A stretch of DNA of 64,000 nt from Macrostomum hystrix (GCA_950097015.1 CATNEN010000038.1:806001-870000), one strand, 5' to 3'; counted from the stretch's first letter, positions 22,276 through 44,920 are shown. Numbers and translations: made by a program. The notes: a model not told the origin generated them from the sequence alone.

Positions 22276-24368
22276 ATGGCTCTCAACATCATTATCAGCA
22301 GCCTGACACTGATGGGCTTGACACTTATCATTCTGACCAGCTCAACTATGATTGAGGACGAGTTCAGACTGGAGCGCTATTTAAAAACACTCAACTACAG
22401 CACCAGCATAATGCCCATCAGGAACAAGCAGAGGCATCAGGTGAGTAGCAGTTAACTAATAGGGCTGAATGTGATTTACTAGAACTAGAGCCTGAATGGA
22501 ATTGAATTTCGAATCGTAGCACGAACCCACCTAAGAAACGTAGGAAATGTATGTACTCGTACGAGCCGTAGACACGACCTAGAAAACATAGATAAAGCCG
22601 AACCAAGAAACGTACTAGCTCGCATCGTCTTCAGAAACGTAGCAAGAATCGTGTTCAGAAACGCAGCAAGAATCGTCTTCAGAAACGTAGCTAGAATCAT
22701 CTTCAGAAACGTAGCAAGAATCGTCTTCAGAAACGTAGCTAGAATCATCTTCAGAAACGTAGCTAGAATCGTGTTCAGAAACGCAGCAAGAATCGTCTTC
22801 AGAAACGTAGCTAGAATCATCTTCAGAAACGTAGCAAGAATCGACTTCAGAAACGTAGCTAGAATCATCTTCAGAAACGTAGCTAGAATCGTTTTCGGAA
22901 ACGTAGCTAGAATCATCTTCAGAAACGTAGCAAGAATCGTCTTCAGAAACGTAGCTAGAATCATCTTCAGAAACGTACGAGTAGCAAGAATCGTCTTCAG
23001 AAACGTAGCTAGAATCATCTTCAGAAACGTAGCAAGAATCGTCTTCGGAAACGTAGCAAGAATCGTCCTCTAAAGCGTAGCTCGAACCGTCTTCCGAAAC
23101 GGAGCTAAAATCGTCTTCGGAAGCGTAGTTAGAACAGTAGTTTGAGACGTAGCTAGAATCGACCAAGAAAGCGTCACAATGTCGCAATCGACCTAAAAAG
23201 CAGCTGTCCTGCTGTTTAATTTCAGCAGGTATTTTCGTTCGCCTTCCACCCGGTCAGCCTTGTGGAACTAAACGGCGCTAACCAGGTGATCAAGGTGATG
23301 GGAATGCTCAGCATTTTCTGGTTCGACGAAGTTTTAGTCTGGGATCGCGCCAAGTTTCCGGTTCACCTCCTCCGTCGCCCCTCTGAGGAAGTCTGGTACC
23401 CGAACGTGTACGTGTTCAACGGGAACAGCATTCTGAAGCCGGAGATGCCAATCGGGCTCTACCACCGGAACAGCACATTGACCATGGCCTACGCAGTCTT
23501 CAAACAGACGTTCGAGGTGAACTGCCAGATGAACATGAGCAACTTTCCCTACGACACCCAGTCCTGCCAGATCATCTTAGTCGTTGACTACGACACCGAA
23601 ACGCCGCCGAAACTTCAGCTGCGAGATCCCGAGCGAAACTATCGTGCCGCCTACCTGGAGCACAGCGAGTGGCGCCTGGCCAGCCTCCGCAGCCAGCCGG
23701 AACAGCTCTGGTTCAACTTCTCCAACGCGCATCCGGCCAGAAACATTCTAAACGCTTTCGTTGTTCGAATGGAGTTTCAGAGGCTCGGATTGTACTACAC
23801 GAGAAACATCGTCATCCCGGTCACAATGCTCACAATCCTGCAGATGCTGGTGTTTGTTATCCCGATAGAAAGCAACGAGAAAATCACATTCGGCGTGACG
23901 CTTCTGCTGGCCTTCACAATCTACATGCTGCTGTTTGAGAAGCTCATTCCCAAGGCTCCAACTGTGCCTGCCATCTTCTCATTTATCACCAGTGCTGTAG
24001 TCCTGTCGGCTGTGTCGGTGCTGCTCAGCTGCTGCGTGCTGGTCGTGTACTATCAGCAGGACGACCTTCCGATGCCTAAGGCGGTGCACTGGCTGCTGTT
24101 CGACATTCTGGCCAGACTGCTCCGTGTCCGTCTGCCGATTCAGTACCGCAGCTGCCGACCGCAGGCGGCTGGTGTTCTGGAGCTCAACGGACAGGAGCTG
24201 CTGCCGATGCAGCCGCAGCAGCAGCCACAGCCGCCCCGGGTAGATTTGAAGCCACTGCTGCGGCATCGGTGGCGACTGGCAGCTCAGGTGCTGGAGCGTC
24301 TGTTCACTGTGCTCAGCATCATCTGCGTCTGCGGCCTGCTGGGAAACTACTACAGCACTCTGCTGTGA
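22276..24368 (+). CDS. Cys-loop ligand-gated ion channel subunit (divergent nAChR-like, non-alpha); exons 22276-22440 and 23226(or 23229)-24368
   Basis: Signal peptide in exon 1, W.D..L.W, VWYPNV, Cys loop CQMNMSNFPYDTQSC, four TMs with M2 NEKITFGVTLLLAF, C-terminal W..AA.VLER. Phase-0 intron with a NAGNAG acceptor. Confidence 0.92.
22608..23160. repeat. 24-bp intronic minisatellite (AGAATCGTCTTCAGAAACGTAGCA/T)
   Basis: 8-aa periodic pseudo-ORFs; lies inside the channel gene intron. Confidence 0.93.
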
Positions 24369-24685
24369 CTGCGCTGTGACTGTGCTGCTGTGACTGTACT
24401 GTGGACTGTGCCGTGACTGTACTGTGTGGCTGTGCTGTGTCTGTGATGCGACTGTGATGCTGTGATTGTGATGGGACTGCACTGCTGTTACTGTGATGCG
24501 ACTCTGCTGTGTCTGTGATGTGATAGTGCTGTGACTGTCCTGTGGCTGTCTTATTCATGTGCAGTGACTGTGACGTGACTGTTCTGTGACTGTGTTATTA
24601 CTGTGCAGTGACTGTGACGTGACTGTTCTGTGACTGTGTTATTACTGTGCAGTGACTGTGCCGTGAATGTGCTGTGACTGTTACT
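24364..24685. repeat. Degenerate (CTGTG/CTGTGA)n repeat starting at the channel stop codon
   Basis: Directly visible. Confidence 0.85.
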
Positions 24686-25100
24686 ACCTTGGTGGTTCGG
24701 TGGTTCATGAGCTTCTTGACGGCAAATGTACATATATGCTTCATTTCAGCATGACTTTCCGATCTAAAAAGTAACGCATGAGAATATTTTAATGCAGGCT
24801 TATCACTAAATCCACATGTCCATGTGTTTAACACTTTTATCACGACTAATGAAACCAATTTGTATTATCTGGTCATGTTAGAGACTACTGGTGAACGGAA
24901 ATGTCATTAAAAAGGCACATATTTCTTCCGGCTTGTGTACTGTTCTTACGAGCTATTTAATGATAAAATATTACGCTATGTTTGTCTAGCTTTCTTTAGT
25001 TTTATTGGATTTTATTGGATTTTATTTTACCTCACTAAATTAGACTACTTCCAGAAGTCTAATTTCTGCAACTAAAAAATCCCTTAAAAACTTTCAGCAT

Positions 25101-26288
25101 ATGGAGCTTCTGCAAAGCTGCCTCATCACATTGCTCCTGACTGCCGCCTTGGCGATAACCGCAGTCGCCGACTCACTGGCAGCGGACCTAGAGCATCACC
25201 TTGATGACCAGTGCGCTAGCAGCAATATCTGGCCACTGCGCAGCGACTGGAGCAACACTGACTGGCCCGTGGACATTGACTTCACCCCGCTGGCTCTCGT
25301 GCAGCTGGACTCCACCACCCAGTCGCTGAGGCTTCTAGCTTCTCTGCGCATCGAGTGGCTGGATGAAGTGCACGTGTGGAGTCTGGACAGGTTTCCGCGC
25401 CGATTGGCTTACCGACGCCCGTCCAAGCTCTGGCATCCGACCGTGCTGCTGCACAACGCCTTGGAAAGCTCCGGCGGACTGCTCAAGCCACAGGGCTCGA
25501 TTCTGCTCAGCCACGAAGACTCGAATCGAACTCGGGCAGTCATGAAATTCCAACGGGTTTTCGAAGTCGGCTGCCTGGCCGACATTCGCAGATTTCCGCG
25601 CGACACCCAGTCCTGCGGTCTGACCTTCATCATCCTGGACGCCCCGCCCAACGCCTCGGCGACCAGCCGGCACCCGGTGTCCACCTCGGGCTACGTGCCG
25701 CACAGCGAATGGGAGCTGCGCAACGCCAGCACTCGCTCGGCCATGATTTCCATGCCGGGCTTCCACGAAGACTTTCCCGTGCTCACCGTTGAGCTGCAGT
25801 TTCAACGCTATGGGGACTTTTACCAGCGCAACCTTGTGCTGCCCGTGTGCGTGCTGACGGTGCTGCACGTTGTGGTGTTTGCCATGCCCGCCCAGCCGAG
25901 CCGCAAGCTGGCCCTGGGCAGCAGCATCATGCTCGGCTTCATCCTCTACCTGCTGCTGTTTGACCAGATCATTCCCAAGTCGCAGCATTTGCCTTCCATT
26001 TTCTTCGCCTTCCACGCCGCCCTCATAATCTCCGTGGTCTCCATCGTTCTGGCAGCCTGTGTGCTCATAATGCACTACCGGAGGGGCCACGCCCCGCCCC
26101 GCTGGCTGCAGCTGCTGCTGCTGCACCTTCTCGGCGGCTGCCTTCTCCTGCCTGTCGAGCGAACGCCTCGGAACGCCATGCCGCGTCAGCTGTGGCGAGC
26201 TGCGGCCCGTGTGTCGGACCGGGCGCTGACCATTGTGGCGATAGCCATTACCACAGCCTGCCTGATCAACTTCGTGGGCTACAGCTGA
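25101..26288 (+). CDS. Second Cys-loop ligand-gated ion channel subunit, intronless, 395 aa
   Basis: Signal peptide, WLDEVHVW, LWHPTV, Cys loop CLADIRRFPRDTQSC, HSEWEL, four TMs, WRAAARVSDR before M4; paralogous to 22276-24368. Confidence 0.92.
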   Translation: MELLQSCLITLLLTAALAITAVADSLAADLEHHLDDQCASSNIWPLRSDWSNTDWPVDIDFTPLALVQLDSTTQSLRLLASLRIEWLDEVHVWSLDRFPRRLAYRRPSKLWHPTVLLHNALESSGGLLKPQGSILLSHEDSNRTRAVMKFQRVFEVGCLADIRRFPRDTQSCGLTFIILDAPPNASATSRHPVSTSGYVPHSEWELRNASTRSAMISMPGFHEDFPVLTVELQFQRYGDFYQRNLVLPVCVLTVLHVVVFAMPAQPSRKLALGSSIMLGFILYLLLFDQIIPKSQHLPSIFFAFHAALIISVVSIVLAACVLIMHYRRGHAPPRWLQLLLLHLLGGCLLLPVERTPRNAMPRQLWRAAARVSDRALTIVAIAITTACLINFVGYS

Positions 26289-26787
26289 CCCATTGTGCTC
26301 CCTGCCTGAGCACACAGTCAGATGGCATGTACATCTGCATTAGAATTGGTTACTATTCTACCACTTTACCACTCGACTGCATCATATTTTCATAGTTTTG
26401 TTCTGTAACATTTAGCCATATCGGGGTCAAATCTTCGTACTTGCGATTACGGAGGTTTCATGGCTCGTAAAATAGTAGCAGCAACCAAAAAACCTCGTAA
26501 AAATTTACATGGCATTCAACCACAGTTCTTCCCTAACTAGCATCCGGCCAAGAACAGTGCCAGCGTTTTTGTGCAGAATTTGCGGTGACCACAATGAACC
26601 GCGACTTCTGAATTCCGAAATTTTTCTGTTTTTTTTTAAACTAAATTGCACGTGAAGTTGAACATATTCCCGCAACATTATATGCCCAGCGGGCCAAAGT
26701 GAGAAAAAATATTCGTGTCTTATCTGATCATCTCTCTCCCGTGACCCTGTCCCGTCTAATCTGAGGTGATACGCATCCATAGCAATA

Positions 26788-27270
26788 GATGAGCCACGGG
26801 ATAGATCAGAGACGGGAGAGATGAGTCACGGGATAGATCAGAGACGGGAGAGATGAGTCACGGGATAGATCAGAGACGGGAGAGATGAGTCACGGGATAG
26901 ATCAGAGACGGGAGAGATGAGTCACGGGATAGATCAGAGACGGGAGAGATGAGACGAGAGAAATGAGACAGGGGAGTGATGAGACACGGGATAGATCAGA
27001 GACGGGAGAGATGAGACGAGAGAAATGAGACAGGGGAGAGATGAGACAGGGGAGAGATGAGACAGGGGAGAGATAAGACAGGGGAGAGATGAGACAGGGG
27101 AGAGATGAGACAGGGGAGATGAGACAGGGGAGAGATGAGACAGGGGAGAGATGAGGCAGGGGAGAGATAAGACAGGGGAGAGATGAGACAGGGGAGAGAT
27201 GAGACAGGGGAGAGATGAGGCAGGGGAGAGATAAGACAGGGTACAGATGAGACAGGGTACAGATGAGACG
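26788..27270. repeat. 16-bp minisatellite family (GAGACAGGGGAGAGAT and 32-bp dimer variants)
   Basis: Reverse complement of the array family inside the hAT MITE at 43365-44920. Confidence 0.92.
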
Positions 27271-28100
27271 CTGAAGAGTTAGGACGGGTTTTGGCAACCG
27301 TTCGAATCAGTTTCTAGTCAATTTTTTGTACTTAAAAATGTATAAATACTTATAAATGACAAACTAAACTAATATCGCCTGACCTGCGTAGAAAAAAAGA
27401 GTTTTTCGGGGGAATAAGCGCAATTTTCTGAAGGCTGCGAGGCCATCTACCATCAAGGGTATAGTTAAAGATGACTAACTGTTCACCAGAGGGTTGCAAA
27501 AGTCTAACAAAAATGTGGCGTGTTTTGTGAAGCACTGGACAATGGCATGTAGCAAATTGTTTGGCTTAAAACTCGAATTTCTCTGCTTCTCCGTAACGGC
27601 GTGAAAATTGTAATTCTGCGGAGGGCGTGCTGACAAAAGTTCCATAAAAAGGCCTTTCATCTATAGAAATTCTTAAGATCAGTAAAACAAATAAAATTTG
27701 TAGACATTTTTCTGACAAGAACTCTTAACTTTGGGTTAAAACTCCAGATTTCTCGGTCAAAAGTCAGAAGCCCGACCCATTTTACAGCTGTTAGAACTAA
27801 TTAAGTTTCTTAACTACGAGTTTCGTAACTTCCGACCATGCTCCAGTCTGTAGCCACGATATAGTTTTTAAATTTCTCAATGCACTCGAGAATCGCGTGA
27901 TAGTTTGTGAAGGAAAATAAAAAACCAAGGCGCGTCACTGGAACTGCTTGGCTGAAGGTCATCATTTAGTCACGTGATCGGGGTTCTCGCGGTGAAATAA
28001 AAAAAGCAATTACGAGCTAGATCGACCGCAAGATAAGAAAAGATCAATTTAAATCAAATTGAGTTAAACAAAACATCTTTAGCGACGTCCTTCCAGTTTG

Positions 28101-38362
<10,262 letters not shown>

Positions 38363-38450
38363 TTGATGTGATGACTAACTAGGGAACCGTAAAGTATTTT
38401 TCCTCACGGTAAAAAATAATTATTTAATAACATTAAAACTTGGTTTCACT

Positions 38451-38493
38451 ATCACATAGCAACAATACCCAATAAATAATAAACAATAAACAA
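38451..38493. promoter_or_regulatory. Candidate RFX half-site plus forkhead (FoxJ1-type) motifs upstream of IQCA1
   Basis: CATAGCAAC ending at 38463 and ATAAACAA twice (38479-38493), 90-130 bp upstream of a motile-cilium gene. Confidence 0.45.
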
Positions 38494-39726
38494 TACCCTA
38501 AAAAAAGAAGCTTTCTCAAATTGCTTGCTGTTAGTTTTTTAACAATATGTTAGTGCTTTTTAAAATTATTGATTAGGTTTGTTACACCCAATATCTAAAA
38601 CTTTTGGCGGCTTTACGATTAAAAAAAATGGATTGTATGAACAATAAAAAGCAGGTAGCGCATATGTGAAATAAAAGATGTAGTAGCAATAGCGATCTGT
38701 AGATAATGTTCCCATCATGAATCTGCAGCTTTAGTCGTCCCTAGATAAATATTTTTGTGTACAGGAAAGCAAACTCCTTTTGTACAGTTCATAAAAAACT
38801 GTAATTTGTATTAATTTGGCTCGAAATTTGTATCTCAACTTAACAGTTGTGTGGCCCCTCGATCCTAATTGTTGAATTGCACCTAGCTGTTTCTCCTTAC
38901 AGCGATTGTTTTCCTGATGGGTTCAATTTATCAGCAGCGCAGCAGGGCAATGGCGAATACAATTGTGGGTACAACAAATAACCAGCCATTTTACAAGTGA
39001 CCAAGCTTCATAAATTGCTTTGTAAATCGCGAATAAGTAAGCCTGAAGCTGTCCTGCCCTGCTGCAGTTCGTTTTCCAGGTTGAAATTTCATGCCCCCCA
39101 CGTAGGCTTTTCTAATTGATCTAATCGTGACGCCCCGCCTGCAACTTAGGGCACTCACAGAGCTCGGTGTGCGGAGCAGGTCGCATTGCGTTGAAAACTG
39201 GTCTCTGGTCTTTCTCAGCTCTTCCATTTCCAGGGTAGCGATCAGTATGGGGTAGAGCGCACACAGGAGAACAATAGCCCGACTAGTGCTTTTAATGTCT
39301 GTGTAAATATTGTGTGTGCTGGGCAGTTATAATGACTGAGCACAGTAAGTACTGCATGAGAAGAAGCCGGCCCAGCCTCAGTCTTCTCTTATTTTCTATG
39401 CTTGACGACATCTCGCCCAACGGCCCCTGAGGCTGTTGCCTATCAGTGTACAGGGGAAAGAATTTGAGACTCGTGCACAAGCCTGCGCACGGCTCAGCAA
39501 CGGCAGCGATGTGTGTACATCGTTTCGACTCAGAAAAACGAATAAAACAAAAGCGACACAAAAACACGAGCGAGAACCTTAGGCGAAGAAAACTTGGCTG
39601 ATATTTATGAGCCTTTTTGATAAATGCAGTAAGGTCTCAAAATAGCGCAACGCTGTCCGCTCTATCAGGGTGTGACAAAACTAAGCCCTAAACCTAAACT
39701 TCTTAAATTGGCTTCGGTCGACAAAA

Positions 39727-41890
39727 ATGGAAGTTCAGCAGCAGCAGCAGCAGCAGCAGCCAGTCCAGACTATGGAAGAGGAGGCTGCCACTCAGCAGGC
39801 AGCAGCTGCAACAGTGAAGCCACCGATGTTCTCAGAGGGCTCACCCGGCGGCAGCACCTTCAGTAGCCTCGAAAGCCTGGCCGACATGACTCTCTGCCCG
39901 GTGCATTGCGGCCGGCTGAGCCGTCCGAAGCTGCTGCCATGCGGCCACGTCTTCTGCCAGTCCTGCTTGGACAAATGGTCCGAAAAGCAGAGCGCCGGAC
40001 AGGTCATCGAGTGCCCGATGTGCCGCCGGACAGTGACCCGGCCGCAAGAGGGTGCCGCCGGTCTGCCCACCTCGCGCGCTCACCAGGCCATCCTGGATTA
40101 TCTCGTCAGTCACACAGCGCGCCAGCAGCAAAAGCGTCAGGAGTCGCAGTCTGAGCAGAGTCGATATCGACGGAAACGCAGTCTTGAGATGCGGCAGGAT
40201 CTGCTAACGCAGCTGAGTGAAGACTTGCTTTGTCGGGCGGAGGCCGAGAGCTCCGCTGCGTCTGCGTTGGATCTTGCCGAACTGGCTGGCGTTCGGGACA
40301 ACCTCAGCAGCGTCTTGCAAAGATTGGAAGTGTCAGCGGCTACGGAGAATGTTGTGGCCGAGGAAGGCGACTCTGATGATGACAGCGAAAGCGACGAGGA
40401 TAACGAATTCGAGGAGGACGAAGAGGTGCAAGCAGGTAGAGGCCCAGCCGTGGCGGCATCTCAGACAGCAACCGTGTCACGGATGGCGACCACAGGTAGG
40501 ACGGCGGCTGAGTCAGTTGCGGCGGCCGCCGCAGACACATTCACAGCCACCCAGCGTGAGATGCACCGCTTGAGCAGGTACCGAGTGCATGAGCTGTTTC
40601 TGACAGCCTCGGCAGACCTGCTTGCTGAGGGGATCGCGGGAGCAGGCCGCATACGCTTAGATCCAGACGGTCGCGGCCGTCGAGGCGCGCCAGTAGTCAT
40701 TGTGCTGACCGAGAATTCAAGGCAGCTGTTGCTGGTCACCCAACAGTCCGGCGACCGCGGACGCTCACGACCTACGCCTCTCAACATCGACTGGCAGAGC
40801 GGAGACCCGGCAAGTCAACTGCACAGCATTCGAGTGGTCAGCATGCAGGCGTCTAGAGGTGCTGTCTACCTGACAGGTTGGCGCGGATGCACGTGAGTTC
40901 CAGTTTAGAGACCAGCTGTCACAGCGCCATTTTGTGGAAGAGCACATCAGTCGTTTAACAGTAGAAAGACCACGCTATCCCCCCTGGGGAAAGATCAGTT
41001 GGTATTCAACAAACCCACTGCCTACTTCACAATTGCTCCCTAACCGAATGACCGCCAGAAACGTGATTCTTCGTGATTCTTGCCACCAGAAACTCCGACG
41101 AGAATCGTTGAATATCTCGACGATGCCGATGTTTTGTGATTCTGGAATAGGATAGAGCAGAAATTTTATGCCGTGTTCTGGATTTTATGGCGATTGGTTG
41201 AATATTTTGAGAGATACAGAAAAATTAAAAATGCTGCTTATGACCTTTCCGTCCAGATCGCTTCTGGCCATCGTCAGCATCGAAGATGGATTGGTGCTTC
41301 GCTGCCACACCCGCGTGGAGCCGACGGAGTCGTTAGCCGCGGAAGGATTCGGTGGCTTCCACGTTGAATCGCCAGAAGGTGGCGGCGGTGTGGTGGCAGC
41401 GCAACCAGGCAAACGGCGAGTCGAGTTCTTCGGCGACGACCTGCACCCCACCGGGCACTGGCTGGTGTTCGATCGACTGAAGCCTCGCTTTGTGGCCTGG
41501 GCGCGGCAGGTCGGAACCCTCTGGGTCTCCTGCCCGGACGAGAGGCTCGTCCTAGCGGTCAACGACAGGACCGGCGTCTTTCGGAAGCTCTCCACCGGTG
41601 ACATCTTTCAGTCACCGCCGCGGCACATTGTCGCCTCGGTGGCCGACGATGGCGAGTGTCGCGTTTTGCTGGCCGACAGTCAGCAGGGCCGACTGTTTTG
41701 GATTCGCAAACGGCGCAAGTACATCTTCCTTCAGCGACTGCAGCTGCCCAGAGAGCTGCCCCCAGTAACGGGACTGTCCTCAACTGACAATGGCCGGTTG
41801 CTGGTGACGTCAAGGGATCGAATCTTCTGCATGAAACCGGCTCGGGGCGCCTCTGCCAGCCGGCGAAGGCTTCGTTGCGAAATTCTGTGA
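39727..41890 (+). CDS. RING-finger protein, TRIM/NHL-like architecture; exons 39727-40892 and 41257-41890, about 599 aa
   Basis: RING CPVHC..PKLLPCGHVFCQSCL..IECPMCR, coiled-coil-like and acidic segments, beta-rich C-terminus (LWVSCPD, VLLADSQQGRL, GRLLVTS). Phase-2 GT-AG intron is in frame. Confidence 0.82.
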
Positions 41891-42561
41891 CATTTCACAG
41901 GTCAAAAAATGAAGCTGTTTGGGCTGACGCAATCATTGAATAAATATCCCCCGCATTGTGAGGACAGATGAGCACAGCTGGAGGCAAACTTAGATTTTTC
42001 TGCGTTTTTTCGACCTAGTTTTAGAATGTAAAGCTGCACAAATTCCTACTTCTAACAGTATTTCATGCACGCATTGCGCACATATCAACGCTTTATTGCT
42101 TGTACGCTCGTACTGCCTTTTTAGACTTTGCAGAATCTGATCTTCTCTGAGCAATAGACAGAACTGAATGTCATGATTTCAGTGTGAATTCAAAGTCTCT
42201 CCAGACTTCCTTCTGTCATTTTATCCGTGTCTTTGATATTTTAACTTGAAAACGTGCGGCACAAAAGTGTGCTTGTGGTAGCCTCTCTGCTGTGTACAGA
42301 ACTTTATGGGAAAAATATAGAAAAAAACGATTTTGGATTTTATTGGATACTGTAAGGAGTAAAAAAATTACATTAGCTATATACCTGCTCATGCTGCAAC
42401 TTTGTAGTATAAATGCAATTATATTATTTTATATAATACAGTACACAAGCTATTTTTGTAATCAACTCCGCTGTGACAATATCAGGGCCGAATTCAAATT
42501 GATACAGTGATTGAAACTTGCTCGCAATCTTCTTTTAAGATTTCTTTTTTGATTTTGAAAG

Positions 42562-42860
42562 AGGTTGTAGCCTAGTGGTTAGAGCGTCGGACTCACGACT
42601 TGAAGGTCGGGGGTTCGATTCCCGACTCCACTGGAACAATTTGTGTCCTTTAGCAAGACACTTAACTCTGCATTGCTTCAGTTCACCCAGCTGCTAAATG
42701 GGTACCAACATCAGCTAGGATAATTGAAGGTGGGTGTGGCGTCCCCCCCAGTCCATGGACTGAACAGCCGTACGCAGCCTTCAGATGCGCCGCGCATTAG
42801 CTGCGGCTGTGCTGTCGGCTGCACATCTGACCCAATTGGGGCAGGTGTAATCAATTATTA
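42562..42860 (+). mobile_element. Full-length tRNA-headed CORE-SINE (family B)
   Basis: A box TAGCCTAGTGG, B box GGTTCGATTCC, CORE-like TGTGTCCTT.AGCAAGACACTTAAC..CAGCTGCTAAATGGGTAC, AT-rich tail. Other copies at about 15660-16000, 52146-52280, 53670-53930, 54678-54800, 60525-60775 and 61890-62215. Confidence 0.85.
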
Positions 42861-43364
42861 TTATATTATAATTACAATTATTAATTATTTTTGATTAAGA
42901 GTATATGGTGTCAGTGTGAACAACGCTCTTTATTTTACGAGCGTATTGTGAGTCTAAAAAACATGCATTTTTGTTAAAAATTGCGTAGCGAGACCCACGA
43001 AGACTTTCGAACTTGACTTTGAAAGCAGAAGTACAGTCCAAGGTACAGGAGCTGGTTTACTCATAAGTAACCAGCATTAGACTGTAGTTAAGCTCATTAA
43101 AACACACAACACCCCTGGTATTTTCAAGCTCTTGGCTTTAAATCGTATTCGCATTTCAAACTCAGAGCAACACACGTCATCTAACAAAAGTGCTGCGCAA
43201 ATACAAAAAACTTTTTTTACTAAAATGGAAATTCATCCATTGTGCAATAGGTACCATCAAAAGTTATTTATTGTGGAATTAATGGGACAAGTCATCGTAG
43301 GAATACAATACATCCTAATAGCTGGAGTAATAACGAACATAAAAGTTATGATTATGTCCTAAAA

Positions 43365-44920
43365 CAGGGGTCGGCAAACTCCGGCCCGCGGGCCAGATGC
43401 GGCCCTCGAAGCTCCCAAATCCGGCCCGTTGCCCCTTCCAGCACCTATAGTATCCTGTCTCATCTCTCCCGTGTCTCATCTCTCTCGTGTCTTATCTCTC
43501 CCGTGTTTAATCTCTCCCGTGTCTTATCTCTCCTGTTTCTCATCTCTCCCGTGTCTCATCTCTCCCGTGTCTCATCTCTCCCGTGTCTCATCTCTCCCGT
43601 GTCTCATCTCTCCCGTGTCTCATCTCTCCCGTGTCTAATCTCTCCCGTGTCTCATCTCTCCCGTGTCTCATCTCTCTCGTGTCTCATCTCTCCCGTGTCT
43701 AATCTCTCCCGTGTCTCATCTCTCCCGTGTCTCATCTCTCTCGTGTCTCATCTCTCCCGTGTCTAATCTCTCCCGTGTCTCATCTCTCCCGTGTCTCATC
43801 TCTCCCGTGTCTCATCTCTCCCGTGTCTCATCTCTCTCGTATCTTATCTCTCCCGTGTTTAATCTCTCCCGTGTCTTATCTCTCCTGTTTCTCATCTCTC
43901 CCGTGTCTCATCTCTCCCGTGTCTCATCTCTCCCGTGTCTCATCTCTCCCGTGTCTCATCTCTCCCGTGTCTCATCTCTCCCGTGTCTAATCTCTCCCGT
44001 GTCTCATCTCTCCCGTGTCTCATCTCTCTCGTGTCTCATCTCTCCCGTGTCTAATCTCTCCCGTGTCTCATCTCTCCCGTGTCTCATCTCTCTCGTGTCT
44101 CATCTCTCCCGTGTCTAATCTCTCCCGTGTCTCATCTCTCCCGTGTCTCATCTCTCCCGTGTCTCATCTCTCCCGTGTCTCATCTCTCTCGTATCTTATC
44201 TCTCCCGTGTTTAATCTCTCCCGTGTCTTATCTCTCCTGTTTCTCATCTCTCCCGTGTCTCATCTCTCCCGTGTCTCATCTCTCCCGTGTCTCATCTCTC
44301 CCGTGTCTCATCTCTCCCGTGTCTCATCTCTCCCGTGTCTAATCTCTCCCGTGTCTCATCTCTCCCGTGTCTCATCTCTCTCGTGTCTCATCTCTCCCGT
44401 GTCTAATCTCTCCCGTGTCTCATCTCTCCCGTGTCTCATCTCTCTCGTGTCTCATCTCTCCCGTGTCTAATCTCTCCCGTGTCTCATCTCTCCCGTGTCT
44501 CATCTCTCCCGTGTCTCATCTCTCCCGTGTCTCATCTCTCCCGTGTCTCATCTCTCCCGTGTCTCATCTCTCCCGTGTCTCATCTCTCCCGTGTCTCATC
44601 TCTTATACCGTGTTTTATCTCTCCCATGTCTCATCTCTCCCGTGTCTCATCTCTCTCGTGTCTCATCTCTCCCGTGTCTAATCTCTCCCGTGTCTCATCT
44701 CTCCCGTGTCTCATCTCTCTCGTGTCTCATCTCTCCCGTGTCTCATCTCTCTCGTGTCTCATCTCTCCCGTCTCTCATCTCTCCCGTGTCTCATCTCTCT
44801 CGTGTCTCATCTCTCCCGTGTCTCATCTCTCCCCTATCTCATATTTCTAGTCAATGCGGCCCGCTGTCGTCTTTTAGGTTCTCTCTTTGGCCCGCCAGCA
44901 AATAAGTTTGCCTACCCCTG
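43365..44920. mobile_element. hAT-family MITE carrying an expanded 16-bp minisatellite (ATCTCTCCCGTGTCTC)
   Basis: TIRs CAGGGGTCGGCAAAC / GTTTGCCTACCCCTG (14/15), 8-bp TSD TCCTAAAA (43357-43364, 44921-44928), subterminal GGCCC motifs; array at about 43455-44845. Confidence 0.93.

Noticed and set aside
22608-23160. CTGAAGA in the minus strand of the 24-mer as a hammerhead
   Set aside because: No stem II followed by GAAA on the same strand.
25335-26315. 326-aa antisense ORF, and similar shadow ORFs over the LINE and other GC-rich exons
   Set aside because: Expected by-product of GC-rich codon usage on the opposite strand; no motifs.
42562-42635. tRNA gene
   Set aside because: No proper acceptor stem or poly-T terminator; continues into a CORE-SINE body repeated elsewhere.
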